The notes below the pieces were generated by a model. The model was not told where the DNA came from. It did not search any database and saw only the letters and a program-made list of their open reading frames with translations. Shown piece by piece: positions 1-11,981 of a DNA stretch of 64,000 bases (positions are counted from its first letter, which is position 1; each line of letters begins with the position of its first letter). The position numbers were made by a program, and so were the translations under genes. Source of the DNA: Octopus sinensis (taxonomy: Eukaryota); NCBI RefSeq assembly GCF_006345805.1, contig NC_043001.1, positions 65,596,001-65,660,000 of the forward strand. Direction: 5' to 3'.

Positions 1-1130
1 CTTTGTTCCTCTGTGAATGACAGGTAGAGTTTGTTTGAAGTCACCAACCATGAGGAGGGTGACGCCACCCATAATCTTATTGTTTCTAAAGTCTTGTAAT
101 GTTCTATCAAGAGCTTCAAAGGCTGCCTTTTGGTACATTGTTGCCTCATCCTAGACAATGAGTTTGGCATCTGTCAGGAACTTTGCTAACGCTGTATTCT
201 TCGATATGTTGCATAATGGAGATTCATTTGGGATCAGGTTCAGAGGCGGCCTGGATGTTGAATGGGATGTTCTTCCACCTGTTAGGAGTGTGGTTGCCAT
301 TCCAGAGGATGCAACAGCCAGAGCAATCTTCTCCTGTCTCACCTTGGCAAGAAATAGGTTGATCTTTACTGTATGTACTGCCTTTATGGCAAATATAATG
401 AAATAAAGAAGCAGGTTGATCAATAATGTCTTTCCTGTGCATCTAGGAGCATCTAAGAAGAAGACCCCGCCAATGTCATTATTCACAGATGTCAGAACTT
501 GCTAGAATACCTCCTTTTGATCCTGTACCAGAAGTGGTTCCGTCTCGTTTACAACAGCTTGCAAACTTTCCATGTTGTATGATATTTCCCTGATTAGCTC
601 TTGTGCTGACCTGTATTGAACATCCTTGACGGGAGCTAGAAGACCATAGAGCTCAAGTTTGTTTCCACCCACTGATCAAATCTTGTCCTATATTAATCTT
701 AATACTTCATTGAAAATGTCATTATTGAATGTGACATCACCCTCATACTGATATTAAATTCTTTGAAGAATGTCTTCACAAAGCCCTTCCTTGTATTTGT
801 ACCAAAGTTGTTTCGGATTTGACAACATACCAGCATTATAGGGAAGAGGCTTCTCAACTGCTTAGGAGACTTTCACATGTGTGCCTCTCTCAGAGTGGCA
901 TCTCAATGTGCATCATCTTCCAGAAGAACTCTGAGATGGCAAGTCTGGTGATATGTTAGACATATTGTGTTGTCAACCATACGTAAGGCAGTAAATGATG
1001 TGGGTCCTTTGACATGGTGTAACAGAAGCATTAGATAGTAGCACTCTTAGTAGTTGGAATTGGCACTGGAGACAAATTTGATACCTTCCTTCTAGGCATG
1101 GTTATTTACGGATACAGAAATACACCGGCA
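1..1130 (-). pseudogene. Helitron Rep/Hel fragment (PIF1-family helicase region), degraded
   Basis: ORF 151-486 gives FFLDAPRCTGKT (Walker A variant), KIALAVASSGMATTLLTGGRTSHS and AKLIV. Reading through the TAG gives DEATMYQKAAFEALDRTLQDFRNNKIMGGVTLLMVGDFKQTLPV. Upstream, LLLHHVKGPTSFTALRMVD is typical Helitron linker. The element runs off the window start. Confidence 0.9.
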
Positions 1131-1178
1131 CAGAAGATTGTAAGCAATGAAAGAATCTGTAATAATTCTTTTGATACC

Positions 1179-1994
1179 AGAAATCGTTATGTTTCTATGA
1201 GGAACGTAAAAAGTAGTATTTTTAAGCTAAAAATATATAGGAAGCTGTGACGTTCATGAATGTTCCCGGGAACTCAAAAAAACAATGCGACTGAATTGAA
1301 ATAGAAGCGGGTGAAATGTATACAGTCATCAACGGCGTATTGTATACATAACGGCGTAGATAGATACATAGACAAATAGCTAGCTAGCTAGATAGACAGA
1401 CAGACAGACAGACTGACAGATAGATAGAAAGATAGATATAGATAAATATAGATAGGGAGTTAAATGTAGATTTGGATAGAGAGATAGAGAGATAGTAACA
1501 GAAATCCTTTGAAGAATGGTTCTATTAGGAACGTGAAGATTAAGATTTTCAAGCTAAGAATATATGGGAAGCTGTGACATTCATGTATTTTTTCCAGGAA
1601 CCCAAAAAAACAATGTGACTGAACTGAAATACAAGCGGTTAATTAGATATAGAGAGTAACAGAAATCCTCAGAAGAATGTTTCTTTGAGGTACTTGAAGA
1701 GTGAAATCAATATTATTCATTTAAAAAAATGAAGACCATATTATTGTATCCCAAGTGATATTATTGATGTACCCGATAGAAATAGATATAGATTTAAATA
1801 GATAGAGACGGAATGTAACAGAAATCCTTAGAAGAATGTTTCTATGAGAAACATGAAGATTAAGAATTTCAAGTTAAAAATATATAGGAAGCTGTGACAT
1901 TCATACATTTTCGCCATGAACCAAGAAAACAATGCAACTGAAATGAAATAGAAGCGTTAAAATGTAAATATTCGTCAACGGCGTATTGTATACA

Positions 1995-1995
<1 letters not shown>
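1179..1995. repeat. Degenerate tandem array, ~320-bp period (160-bp sub-period), inside the Helitron
   Basis: The unit (TAAC)AGAAATCC...GGAAGCTGTGAC.TTCAT...AACAATG..ACTGAA.TGAAATA.AAGCG starts at ~1179, 1496 and 1816, with a partial copy at 1657. GATA-rich spacers separate the copies. Confidence 0.85.
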
Positions 1996-2062
<67 letters not shown>

Positions 2063-2122
2063 TGTGTGTAGCTAGCCACAATTTCTACGTCAGACATACA
2101 CGTGTGTATCTAGCTAGCTGCA

Positions 2123-2311
2123 GTTGCTACGTCAGTACCTGAAGTTGACATTGAAAAACCTTTTTAAAGAAGTGAACCATATATATAAAGCAATATTACT
2201 TATTTTTAATGAAAATATAAAATGAAGACCCTTTTATGTATCCGAGGTCAGATTATTCATGCATCTCAAGTACGGAACGAAATCGCGCAGCCGTTTTCGC
2301 GTGAAAAGCGA

Positions 2312-2357
<46 letters not shown>

Positions 2358-2406
2358 ACACACACACACATACTCACACACACACAGGACTATTTTATAT
2401 ATTAGA
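2123..2406 (-). mobile_element. Helitron-type 5' terminal module (A|TC start, internal (GT)n)
   Basis: The minus strand reads A|TCTAATATATAAAATAGTCC(TG)n-TTCGCTTTTCACGCGAAAACGGCTGCGCGATTT and aligns over ~230 bp with the + copy at 50512-50743. It has the same orientation as the helicase fragment at 1-1130. Confidence 0.65.
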
Positions 2407-2419
2407 TACACACAACTAA

Positions 2420-3420
2420 AACCGCGATCGCAGGTTGCTTCCGGGGATATGATGAAACAGCATTCAGTACTGCTAGCCGCTGGTCTCGTCGCCGTTGCTC
2501 GTCACCAGTGTCTATGTCTTCCGGCCACAAATATTAGTCTGTGACTGACACGTCCAATCCATCGAGGCAGCTGTTGGTCACTTGTTGGTGCTTGCCGTGT
2601 CGCACCTTCCATTTTGATGAGTCAGTAAGTTTTTATATGATCGCATGAACAAGAACCGACTAGCCTTAGTGTGACGAGCGCCTTGGGAGTCCTTTCTATC
2701 CTCTGTCGATGGCTCGGTTAAGGCGGTGACAACGGGCAAGGAAGAATTTCTGGAGGGAGCGTGTGAAACAATTACCACATCCAATTTGGCAGCTGGCTCC
2801 CAAATTACTCAGTTTCGACACGGGTATGTAGTGATGAAAAATGACATGCCCGCTGTCCACGATCAAAAAAGTATTCTATTTACTATAATAGACTATAGGG
2901 AATACATGATGCTAGCTTCCACAGTAAATCCAGCTCTGTTGTAACATTAGATAAAATTGTATGAAAAGTTCGGAATGTGGATCTTGAATATGAGCCCCAG
3001 CATATTGAAGGCGACGGTGCCGTCGTAAGTGCACCTCACATGCGTCCACTTTTGTCGTCCAGTTGCACTACCGGCCTCATTCATTGGTGCATGCATGATC
3101 GGCCGACGGAGCTCTGTGTGCGTCACCATGTCGCTGTGTTTTTCTTTCTTAAGGTCGGTAGCACGCTTGGTGTCTAAGTAGTGTCGTGAAGTTGCTATGA
3201 GGCCTCATTTCGTAGCCAGATTACCTTTGATGTAATCTTAGCCGAGTGTCCAAGACGGCTGCTACTTTCACCTTGAAAAGTTGTCAGGGTAAATCACATC
3301 GATTTACATGCAATGAAGAGAAGTGGCTTTGTCCACTTGTACCATAGTTTTGTTTGTACCATAGGCATCAAATTGTTTCCCCGCAAATCTTCAGAAATCA
3401 GTGTCTATTGTTGTCGACAT
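2420..3420 (-). mobile_element. Heavily decayed RTE-like LINE relic
   Basis: Stop-riddled minus-strand translation contains RFAGKQFDAYGTNKTMV, NFTTLLRH, EVHLRRHRRLQYAGAHI and WKVRHGK. These resemble RTE RT-thumb and C-terminal motifs (RRRRLRWAGH, W.P.HGKR). Confidence 0.35.
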
Positions 3421-3509
3421 ATATGAAGTATACTGTAGACATGTCGCTTTATTAAATTAAGAGATAAAGCACTAGTGAGACATTGGCACACATCTGTCAA
3501 TAAGATACA

Positions 3510-3538
3510 ATATTTTTGTTTGATACATATATATACAT

Positions 3539-3622
<84 letters not shown>

Positions 3623-3715
3623 GTGTGTGTGTGTGTGTGGTGTATGTATGTATATATGTATGTATGTGTGTGTGTATGTATGTATGTATGTATGTATGTA
3701 TGTATGTATGTATTT
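3510..3715. repeat. Compound microsatellite (TA)n/(TG)n/(TATG)n; representative of dozens in the window
   Basis: Direct reading. Similar tracts at about 1985-2070, 7215-7360, 11435-11620, 13030-13200, 17437-17555, 18015-18070, 19375-19470, 22370-22435, 23270-23540, 25770-25890, 33560-33705, 53941-54095, 57960-58090, 59105-59770 and 61880-61980. Confidence 0.97.
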
Positions 3716-3724
3716 CATATATAT

Positions 3725-4230
3725 GAATTTCAGGTCGAGTTTGCTCGGATAGTCATCGCTCTGATACTCCACCCATCTCTATTGTCCATGTCATGTGACA
3801 GTTTCTCTAAGTGACATCTAGTGTCATCTGTTAACTGATCGTCGTCTGTTTTCTCAAGGCAACCCATGTGATTACAATCTTGACCATGTAATCCAAGAAT
3901 GGGGACACTAACCACCTCCTCCTTAATTCAGTGTTTAGTGAAGTCACCTTTGTCTTTCTATAAGGATGTCTAATCCTTCAGGAAGCTCATTGCATATCAT
4001 GTATTTAGTAGAGTGTTCTTTCTAGGCCACACCCAAAATGGAACGAAAAGTGTGTGTAGACGTGCCATCCAACACAATGTCAAGACTCCAGGTGGAAGAG
4101 CAATAAACTAACATAGTTTCAACCACTTCCTACAACAAATTATTTTACAAACTACCTGCAAACTTAAATTACCTTGATTGTTCTGAGACTTAAATGTTGC
4201 ACACAAGTTTTATTAATACATAACATCTGA
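3725..4230 (-). mobile_element. RTE-clade LINE 3' fragment, degraded
   Basis: Minus-strand VETMLVYCSSTWSLDIVLDGTSTHTFRSILGVA*KEHSTK is followed by DQLTDDTRCHLEKLSHDMDNRDGWSIRAMTIRANST*, matching the RTE ORF C-terminus. A microsatellite follows the 3' end. Confidence 0.65.
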
Positions 4231-4387
4231 CTGTCTGGATATTATGTTGGTCGCTTGATATGTGAAAGAATTTATTGGCGTTATTGAGCTTCCAGTCGGT
4301 GCGATCTATATTGTACCTGATGGATTCCGTTTTTCTACAATTACCCAAGAGTCCATTCTCTTGCGGAATCTTCCAGACTGTGAAGTA

Positions 4388-5363
4388 CGAAGATGGGCTG
4401 AAAATTTCATAGGCTAACTATGAGGGGGTAATTATTCATTATGTATACATTAATTTCATTTCTTCTTATTAATAACTACATTGTTTATTTCCAAGTAAAG
4501 TGGCATCAGACTGTCCAAAGAACACTTCAAAACTAACTAGTAGCGACTTCTCTTGGAAATTGACAAAATTGGAATCATCAATTTATCAAGTACCCGCAGG
4601 AAAAGGCATTAGCCTCCAAGGACATTCATGTTGATATGGTTGCTACATTAGGGGATGACGCCTTATGAACTGTGCAAAAGTGGGTAGCTGAATTTAGGAG
4701 GAGAAAGGAGAGTCTTGAAGATCACCCTACGTCTGGGCGTCCTGAAACTGCCACCACCGAGGAAAACATTGACAGGGTTCGCCACATGGTAATGAATGAC
4801 AGACGATTGACTATGAATCAAATAATCAATGCTATTGGATATCTCGTGAAAGAGTTGAGAATATTCTGCACTATGAACTTGGCATGATGAAGTTTTCTGC
4901 TCGCTGGGTGCCACGTCTTCTGACACATGATCAAAACCGCACCGGGCTGACCACAGCAATCGAAGGTTTGGCATTGTATATGGTAGATCAAACTGTTCTC
5001 CTTGAATGTTTCTTAACACAGGATGACTGTTGGATTCATCACTTTGAGCCAGAGATAAAGAGACAACCCATGCAGTGGAAGCACCACTCATCTGGTCCAA
5101 AGGAGACCAAGGTCGGTTCATCTACGGGGAATGTGACGGCCTTATCTTTTTGGGATGCTAAATGCATCAAAAAGGCCACATAAGAAGTACTATGTCAACT
5201 TGCTGAGGCAGTTATGAAAGTCTATCATGATCAAACGGCCAGAAAAATAGATGAAAGGGGTCTTGTCTCAGGACAATGCTCCAGCACACAAGTCCTAGGC
5301 TTCAATGGTTGCTGTGTGTGACTTGTGGCTTTAAACTGGTTGATCGTTCTCCCTGTATGTGTA

Positions 5364-5365
<2 letters not shown>
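4388..5365 (+). mobile_element. Mariner (DD34D) transposon, 3'-truncated and frameshifted
   Basis: TA|CGAAGATGGGCTGAAAATTTCATAGG TIR-like start. Translation fragments KWVAEFRR..SLED.PTSGRPETATT, SARWVPRLLT, TQDDCWIHHFEPEIKRQPMQWKH and QDNAPAHKS. Ends at a (CA)n tract. Confidence 0.85.
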
Positions 5366-5411
<46 letters not shown>

Positions 5412-5442
5412 CTATATTTATTCATATATATATATATATATA

Positions 5443-5716
5443 TATATTATATTAAATTAGAGACCACTATTAGGCAAATCAAACAATGATTTGTTTAAAC
5501 CTCGCCAAGAAAAATATTTAAACCACCTGATGAATGACTGTGACCCAAAAATTTGAAGACAGCAGGCATGAAACGATCGTAGTGTGATATTAATTATATT
5601 TTTTTAATAATTTTGTTACATATTTAAATAATATAAATTAATCATATGTATTGGCTTAAGTTTTTCGTTGTTTGATTTGCCTAATAGTGGTTTTGTCTCT
5701 AATTTAATATAATATA
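5443..5716. repeat. Fold-back element: ~44-bp inverted arms (5443-5486 / 5668-5716) enclosing a hammerhead motif; PLE terminal-repeat-like
   Basis: TATATTATATTAAATTAGAGACCACTATTAGGCAAATCAAACAA is the reverse complement of the right arm apart from a 4-5 nt insertion. Confidence 0.8.
5524..5584 (+). ncRNA. Minimal type I hammerhead ribozyme motif
   Basis: Stem I CAC(5524-26):GTG(5582-84). Core CTGATGA 5527-33. Stem II ATG:CAT plus CTGT:ACAG. GAAA 5570-73. Palindromic stem III ACGATCGT. Cleavage triplet GUA (5579-81). All core nucleotides are canonical. Confidence 0.75.
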
Positions 5717-5791
5717 ATATTTTACTATAAAATTGGATTCAATCCTAAATCTGATTTTTCCCTGTAAGTTTGGATTTATTCCCTAATATTT

Positions 5792-5850
<59 letters not shown>

Positions 5851-5883
5851 ATGTTAATAAAATAGAACATATGCATATATATA

Positions 5884-6744
5884 AACATATATGTACGTAC
5901 CTACCTCTACATGTACATATACACGCATATATGTGTACAGGACACCAAAAAGACGTCGAACACACAGAGAGACGAAAAACATAGACACAAACCAAGGAAC
6001 AGGACAAGCAGAAAAGAAAAAAAGAAAAAAAGAGATACAGGACAATAAGCACAACGAAAAATCCCCATCTTCAGTCGCTAAGGTTTCATCTACTCTACGT
6101 TTCGAAGGATAAAAGCGAGACGTATACTTCGAAGAAACTTCCTTCCTGCGAAAAGCAAATCAATTACAATTCTGAGATCTTTTCGCAGAGGGGTAAAAAA
6201 TGGTAAAAAAAGCAAGACGGTAACGACAGTACAAACATATAAACAGTAAAAAAAAAAAAAAAAAAAAAAATTATATATAAACAGTTGAAAAATAAATATA
6301 TAACAGTGAGAGACAGGACAAGGAGAACAAGATAAGAAGGGCTGTTTACGCCAGACGAAAAAAGTAATGCAAACGCTGGATTATAGTGGACGACGAGAGA
6401 GAAAGAATGTCGACCAGTGGCCTTAGAAGGCGGGCGAGAAAAGACAGGATAGCAGTTACGACGGAAGTATCGTCGCAGATGGACGACGGGAATGGGGGAG
6501 GAGGAGCAAGAGGAAGAGAGAGAAGAAGGGGAATGGTGCGAGGAGACCATGAAGAATGGTGAGGGGGAGAGAGAGAATGAAGAATGAGAGAGAGAGGAAG
6601 AGACAAGTTAAGTGAGGGAAAAGGACGAAAAAGGGAATGGGAGAGAAAGAAAGAAAGATGCAGAGTCGCGTGAGAGTTAATATCAAGGCTAACTTGATAA
6701 ACAGAACAATCTTACTTAATAGGGTGCGTGCGTTTAGTCGTATA
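5884..6744 (-). mobile_element. ~860-bp non-coding insertion between perfect 35-bp direct repeats; probable non-autonomous PLE derivative
   Basis: ATATGTTAATAAAATAGAACATATGCATATATATA occurs at 5849-5883 and 6745-6779. The interior has a hammerhead-like relic on the minus strand (GAAG..CTTC-GAAA-CGTA) without the CUGANGA core. Confidence 0.55.
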
Positions 6745-6767
6745 ATATGTTAATAAAATAGAACATA

Positions 6768-6804
<37 letters not shown>

Positions 6805-7384
6805 CATACATATATACATATATGAATAGACAGATATAAATGTATTATGTATGTATTGATGTATGAATGTATAGATGTATGGATGGATAAAGCATATGGC
6901 TAGAGGGGCATTTTAGCCAATAGTTTCAACACATTGCCATTTATAACTTAATTTTGGCTGTTAAGAAAAATCAAAGTTCATCGCATTTTTATGACCTGTC
7001 CCATTTTTGCTACCAAGTCGTGGAAGTGCAACGAAAGTATTTGGTACGACAAAATAGACTATACTAGAAAAAATAGGCATTAAATAATTATAATACGCTT
7101 TTCTATCTATTTTTAAATATATAAAATGTCTCTTCTACAATGTACTCCTTTCGGTTTTCATATATGTATTTGTATGCATGTATACATGTTTGATATTATG
7201 TTTGTGCCAGTACCTGGGTGTGTATGTATGTATGTATGTATGTATGTATGTATGTATGTATGTATGTATGTATGTATGTATGTATGTATATACACATATA
7301 CATATACAGTGCACACACACACGCACAAACATATATGCATATACATACATATATATATATATGTGAATATGAATGTATCTGTCT

Positions 7385-7670
7385 CTGTATGTGTGTTTGT
7401 AAATTGTTTAAGAGCTAGTTTTAAGGAACCAAATTATCACTATTCAGTCGAAAAAGCCCTCTCCCGTATATCATATTTTGTAATCTCATTTTTATAATAT
7501 TTGAAACTTAGCCCCAAATCGCTGGCCGTACTACATCCATTTGACATCATGGACTCAACATAAAGTGCAAGTGCACATGCTCTATCACTCGTTGACTGGT
7601 CCTTCACTACCAATCGCTTCGAAATAAAAGTGATTTGGCAAGTATTTGAGGACACTTTCATGTATATGTG
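7385..7670 (-). mobile_element. Possible PLE 3' relic (GIY-YIG C-terminus plus degenerate hammerhead)
   Basis: ORF 7440-7661 (LVVKDQSTSDRACALALYVES) resembles the PLE endonuclease end and is followed by CTGAATAG...AAAACTAG. Weak match. Confidence 0.35.
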
Positions 7671-8037
7671 TTAACAACATCCCAGCACAACCGATCACCA
7701 AAAATTGATGCAGGTTTCCACGAGAGATAAAAACCCTCGACAGAATAATAAAGACAAAAGTAACTTTATAAATTTAATCGGCTAAAATACAGTCAGCAGT
7801 AATCCTTCTCAGGGGCAATAACAACACTAGAGTCGGAAAAACACCCTCACCAGAACGGTATGATGCTTTCCATTAGTAACCAGATGATCGTTGATGGAGA
7901 TTGAGCCATTGAAAAACTCATTAGGTTCTGAGGAATCATGTTCAACATGTGTTACGAAAGAAATCCCACATTGTACATGTTGTTGACAGGGTTACAGTTT
8001 AACGCAAAATTAATTATGTTGTATTTTTTTCTCTCTA

Positions 8038-10830
8038 GTTTCAGTTCAGAGCTGTGGCCATTCTGATACACTGCCGTTTTGCTACACTGTGATTACTAAG
8101 AGCCTCATCTAGTATGTGGCTCTTGGTGAAGCATGGAGTTTGACATAGCTACCCTCATTTGCACCTCTTGTCGTGAGGTAGGTTCATCTGGGACTCTCGA
8201 CAGGAAGAGATCCAGCTTTGATTAAAAAAACCCTACATCCACTTTGAGCAAGTTCGTCAGACTCTTTGGGAGAATATTAAAAAGCTGTGGGCCCTTGAAA
8301 CCCAGGCTGTTGCATTAACTGGTCCTGAAGCGTGATGGCATTGCTGGGACCTTTGGCACTATGCAGTGTCGTCCCGGTCTGGCATTGGTTTAGCTTTCAA
8401 TGCCAAAATTTGGCACGATTCCTTCCAGGATCTTCCAAATATATATTACTGCATACCTCTCCCATCTTCTCTCCAGGGAGTAGAGTCTTAACTGTTTCAA
8501 CCTTTCCCAGTAGCTGAGCTGTTGCAAAGAGACGATCTTCTTTGTGCATCTTCTCTGGATTGCTTCAAGGTCCGCTGTTAGTTTCACACTGGTGGGTGGT
8601 CATAGCTGTGAGCAGTAATCCAGGGGGCTAAGGACGAATGTCCGCCAGAGGACCATCATGGCTTTCTTATCTCTGGTTTTGAATGTTCATAGGATCCATC
8701 CAGCCAGTCGTCTGCACCTTGTCGCCATCCTGGTAACGTGCACTTGAAAAGAGGTATCATCACCCATGTCGATACCCCGGTCCCTCGCAGACTTAGGCTC
8801 TGGGATTGAAACTCCCTGTGGACCAGTGTACCCTGTAAGTTTCACATTCAGGTTTGGATGCTGGTAGCGCAGGGCTTGGAGTTTTTCAGCATTAAACTGC
8901 ATGTTATTATCCTCAGCCCATCTATAAATTGAGTCCAACTCCTGCTGCAGGTGTGCAACATCGCTGGGGTTCTGTATTTTCTGCGAGACTTTCGTATCAT
9001 CTGCATAGCTTGCAAGGGTGGCTATCCGGGCATTTGAGGGCATATTTGAGAGGGCCATTATAAAAAGCAATGGTCCCAAGACAGTGCCCTGTGGAACACC
9101 GCTCACTATTTGAGTGTTCATAGAGGTGGCTCCATTAGCCACTACTGCCTGACTCCTATCTTTCAGGAAGTCATGTAACCACTCTCCAAGTTTTCCAACT
9201 ATGCCAAGGTCACGTAGTTTGTGGCATAACATACCATGATCCACCTTGTCAAAAGCTGTTGCAAAATCAAGGTATATTATGTCCACATTCGATTTGTTGA
9301 GTAACTGCCTCAACACCCAGTCATAATGTTGTAAGAGCTGGGTCAGGCAGCTCCTACCTGGTCGAAAACTATGCTGGTATCACTCAGCAAGTTATATTCT
9401 TCAAAGAAAGCGATTAGTTTCCCTCTGATTATCCGTTCCATGCCTTTGCTGATGTGTGAAGTCATCTGCTCTACTTCCCCCTTTATGTATTGGGCATATT
9501 ATTCCCTCCTTCAGCTTGCTTGGAAGTTTGCCATTTGTAAGAAAGCTCTGGAAGAGAATTTGGAGGGGTTTTGCCAGGGCACGCTTACACGATTTGAGGA
9601 GGATTGATGGGAAACCATCAGGACCAGCAGTTGAGTTTGTGTCCACTTCATCTATGGCTAGTAGTATATCTTCTTCGCTAATGTCAATTCATTCCGTTGT
9701 AACTGCCTCGCTGGTTATAGGCGAGACGGCAAAGAAGTCCGCTGGTTTGTTCACTTGTCTGTGTTCCAACGGGGTGGTAAAGACACTTTTGAACAGGTCA
9801 TTCAGTATCTCACTGATCTTAGTTGGACTCTCTGTGAGGGAGCCATCCTTTTGGAAGAGGGTCCTATCTTGTAGTGTACTGAGGCTGTTTCGTTCGCGCA
9901 ATGAAAGAAGGCCTTTGGGTTTGACTTAATGATTTTTATAACCCAAGTTTCTTTGTCTACTTTCTCCCTTATATAGGATTGTTGCAGCCTTTTTTCGATC
10001 TCCATGTGTTGTTTTTAGGCGGGACGTTTCGCTACTTTTGGGATGCTGGTTGAGTCGATTTGCAACCTTCGTCCGTCGTCTCATGAGGATCTTCATTTCC
10101 CTTGCAATCTGGTTCCTATTTGTTTTGGCCTTGTGCTCTGGGACATATTTCTGGCATATGGCTTGCACAAAAGACATGACACATTCTAGTTTCATGTCAA
10201 TGTCTGGTGTGGAGAGACATTTCGGCCAGTCCTCTTTGAGGATCTCTTTTTGGGTCGATTTCCAATCTGCTTTGTGGAAGTTCAGATTGGAGAGATTTCG
10301 GGTGCTTTCTTTAGGCTGTATGTCTCTGGTTACTTTCGGCCCAAACATAGACAGCTCTATTATGATGTGATCCTAGTCTAATGTCAGTGTCACTTTCACA
10401 TTAGGAATGATGTCCATATTGTTCGTGAAGCAAAGATCCAGAATGTTATTCGCCCTAGTTGATCTGAGTACAGCTTGCTCCATGAATAGGGCATTGGTGG
10501 GGTTGAGCAGAGACTCCACCTGTGCTTGCTTGCAATAAGTCATTCCTGAGAGTATGAGACCTTCGGGCCATTTGACGTTGGGGAAAGTTGAAATCACCCA
10601 TAAGAAATATGGTCACGTGGTGTTCCAGATTCATGGGGATTTCTTTAATTCTTGTGAGGCAATCTTCAAACTTTCCTATGTGGTTTGGAGCATCCGGTGG
10701 GCAATATGTATTGCCTATGACTATATTATGTTGTCTTATGTATACAATCAGAGTGTCACATACCGAATTTGAATATGACAGTAAGACCTGGGATGTGAGG
10801 TCATCACGGATGTATACAGCAACTCCACAA
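8038..10830 (-). mobile_element. CR1-like LINE, ORF2 (APE + RT) with frameshifts, intact 3' end, 5'-truncated
   Basis: APE motifs GVAVYIRDD, MGDFNFPNVKW, TRANNILDLCFTN. RT motifs AGPDGF, YLDFATAFDKVDH, SGVPQGTVLGPLLF, YADDTK. C-terminal LEAIQRRCTK..LSYWERLKQLRLYSLERR. 3' tail ...GGCCACAGCTCTGAACTGAAAC. Confidence 0.95.
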
Positions 10831-10940
10831 AACGATTGTCAATGAAGTATTAAAATGATCTGGTATCTATATTCTTTGATTTATGTATGCACGTACGTGT
10901 TAGCATGCATTATACACACACACACACACACACATATCTG

Positions 10941-10993
<53 letters not shown>

Positions 10994-11049
10994 ATATATA
11001 TATATTATATATATATATATATATAGAATAAAACTTTATATATAAAGAA

Positions 11050-11401
11050 CGTGAAATTCACGAATTGACGAACACGGAAAACAGACAGTCATTCAGAGCC
11101 TTCATTCTTCAGTCAGAAACAGATTCATCATGGCAAATTTCGGCTGTTTAATTCTGAGATTTGCTCCAAAACGGCCAGCCCCAAGGAAAAGCTAAGCTAT
11201 GGGCATTAGATTTCCTTGGTAGAAGGAAAGAATGTGACAACAGAGACGAATAGGAAAACAAGAGACGAATATAAAATTGGAAACAGTAACGAATAAAAAC
11301 AGGAATGACACATTCACATTCACATCCTCCCTTTTACACGCGCACACATATACTTTCACAGAGTTGAAGCGCTGATTGATTTTTGTTTCACCGTTGAATT
11401 T
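11050..11401 (-). mobile_element. PLE terminal-repeat-like non-coding repeat (same family as 22555-22730)
   Basis: Shares GTCATTC.GAGC.TTC..TCTTCAGTC...GCA.TTTCGGC with 22645-22710. The minus strand has CTGAAGA with a degenerate second half-core. Confidence 0.45.
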
Positions 11402-11505
11402 GAGACAAAATGGGACAAAAACAATTGATCAGCATATATATATATATATATATATATCCTAATATGATAATGAGTGTAGTGCTTTTATATATTTGTATAT
11501 ATATA

Positions 11506-11598
<93 letters not shown>

Positions 11599-11943
11599 TG
11601 TATGTATGTATGTATGTATTTGTCCAAAATCACGCAGTAGGAATGAATGGTGAAGGAGAGGCGAGAAAATAGTAATTCAGTAAAGTAGTGAGAGTAATAA
11701 CCATGACCGAGGGCGAGTGAGAGAAAGTAATAACAATGAGAGCCAGGAAATCGCAAACAGCGTGTCTTGTATCTTCTACTATAATAATCTACTATAATGA
11801 TACACTTGTGTATTTCTCCGTCGCAACGTATGAATGAGAAAGGAAGTGGGGTGGTGAAAATTCAACGGTGAAACAAAAATCAATCAGCGCTTCAACTCTG
11901 TGAAAGTATATGTGTGCGCGTGTAAAAGGGAGGATGTGAATGT
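11316..11943. repeat. Perfect 86-bp inverted repeat (11316-11401 / 11858-11943)
   Basis: Base-by-base reverse-complement identity of ACATTCACATCCTCCC...CACCGTTGAATTT. The 456-bp spacer contains (TA)n and (TATG)n. Confidence 0.95.
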
Positions 11944-11981
11944 TTGTATGTGTGTGTTTGTGTATGTTTATTCAGAAAGAT

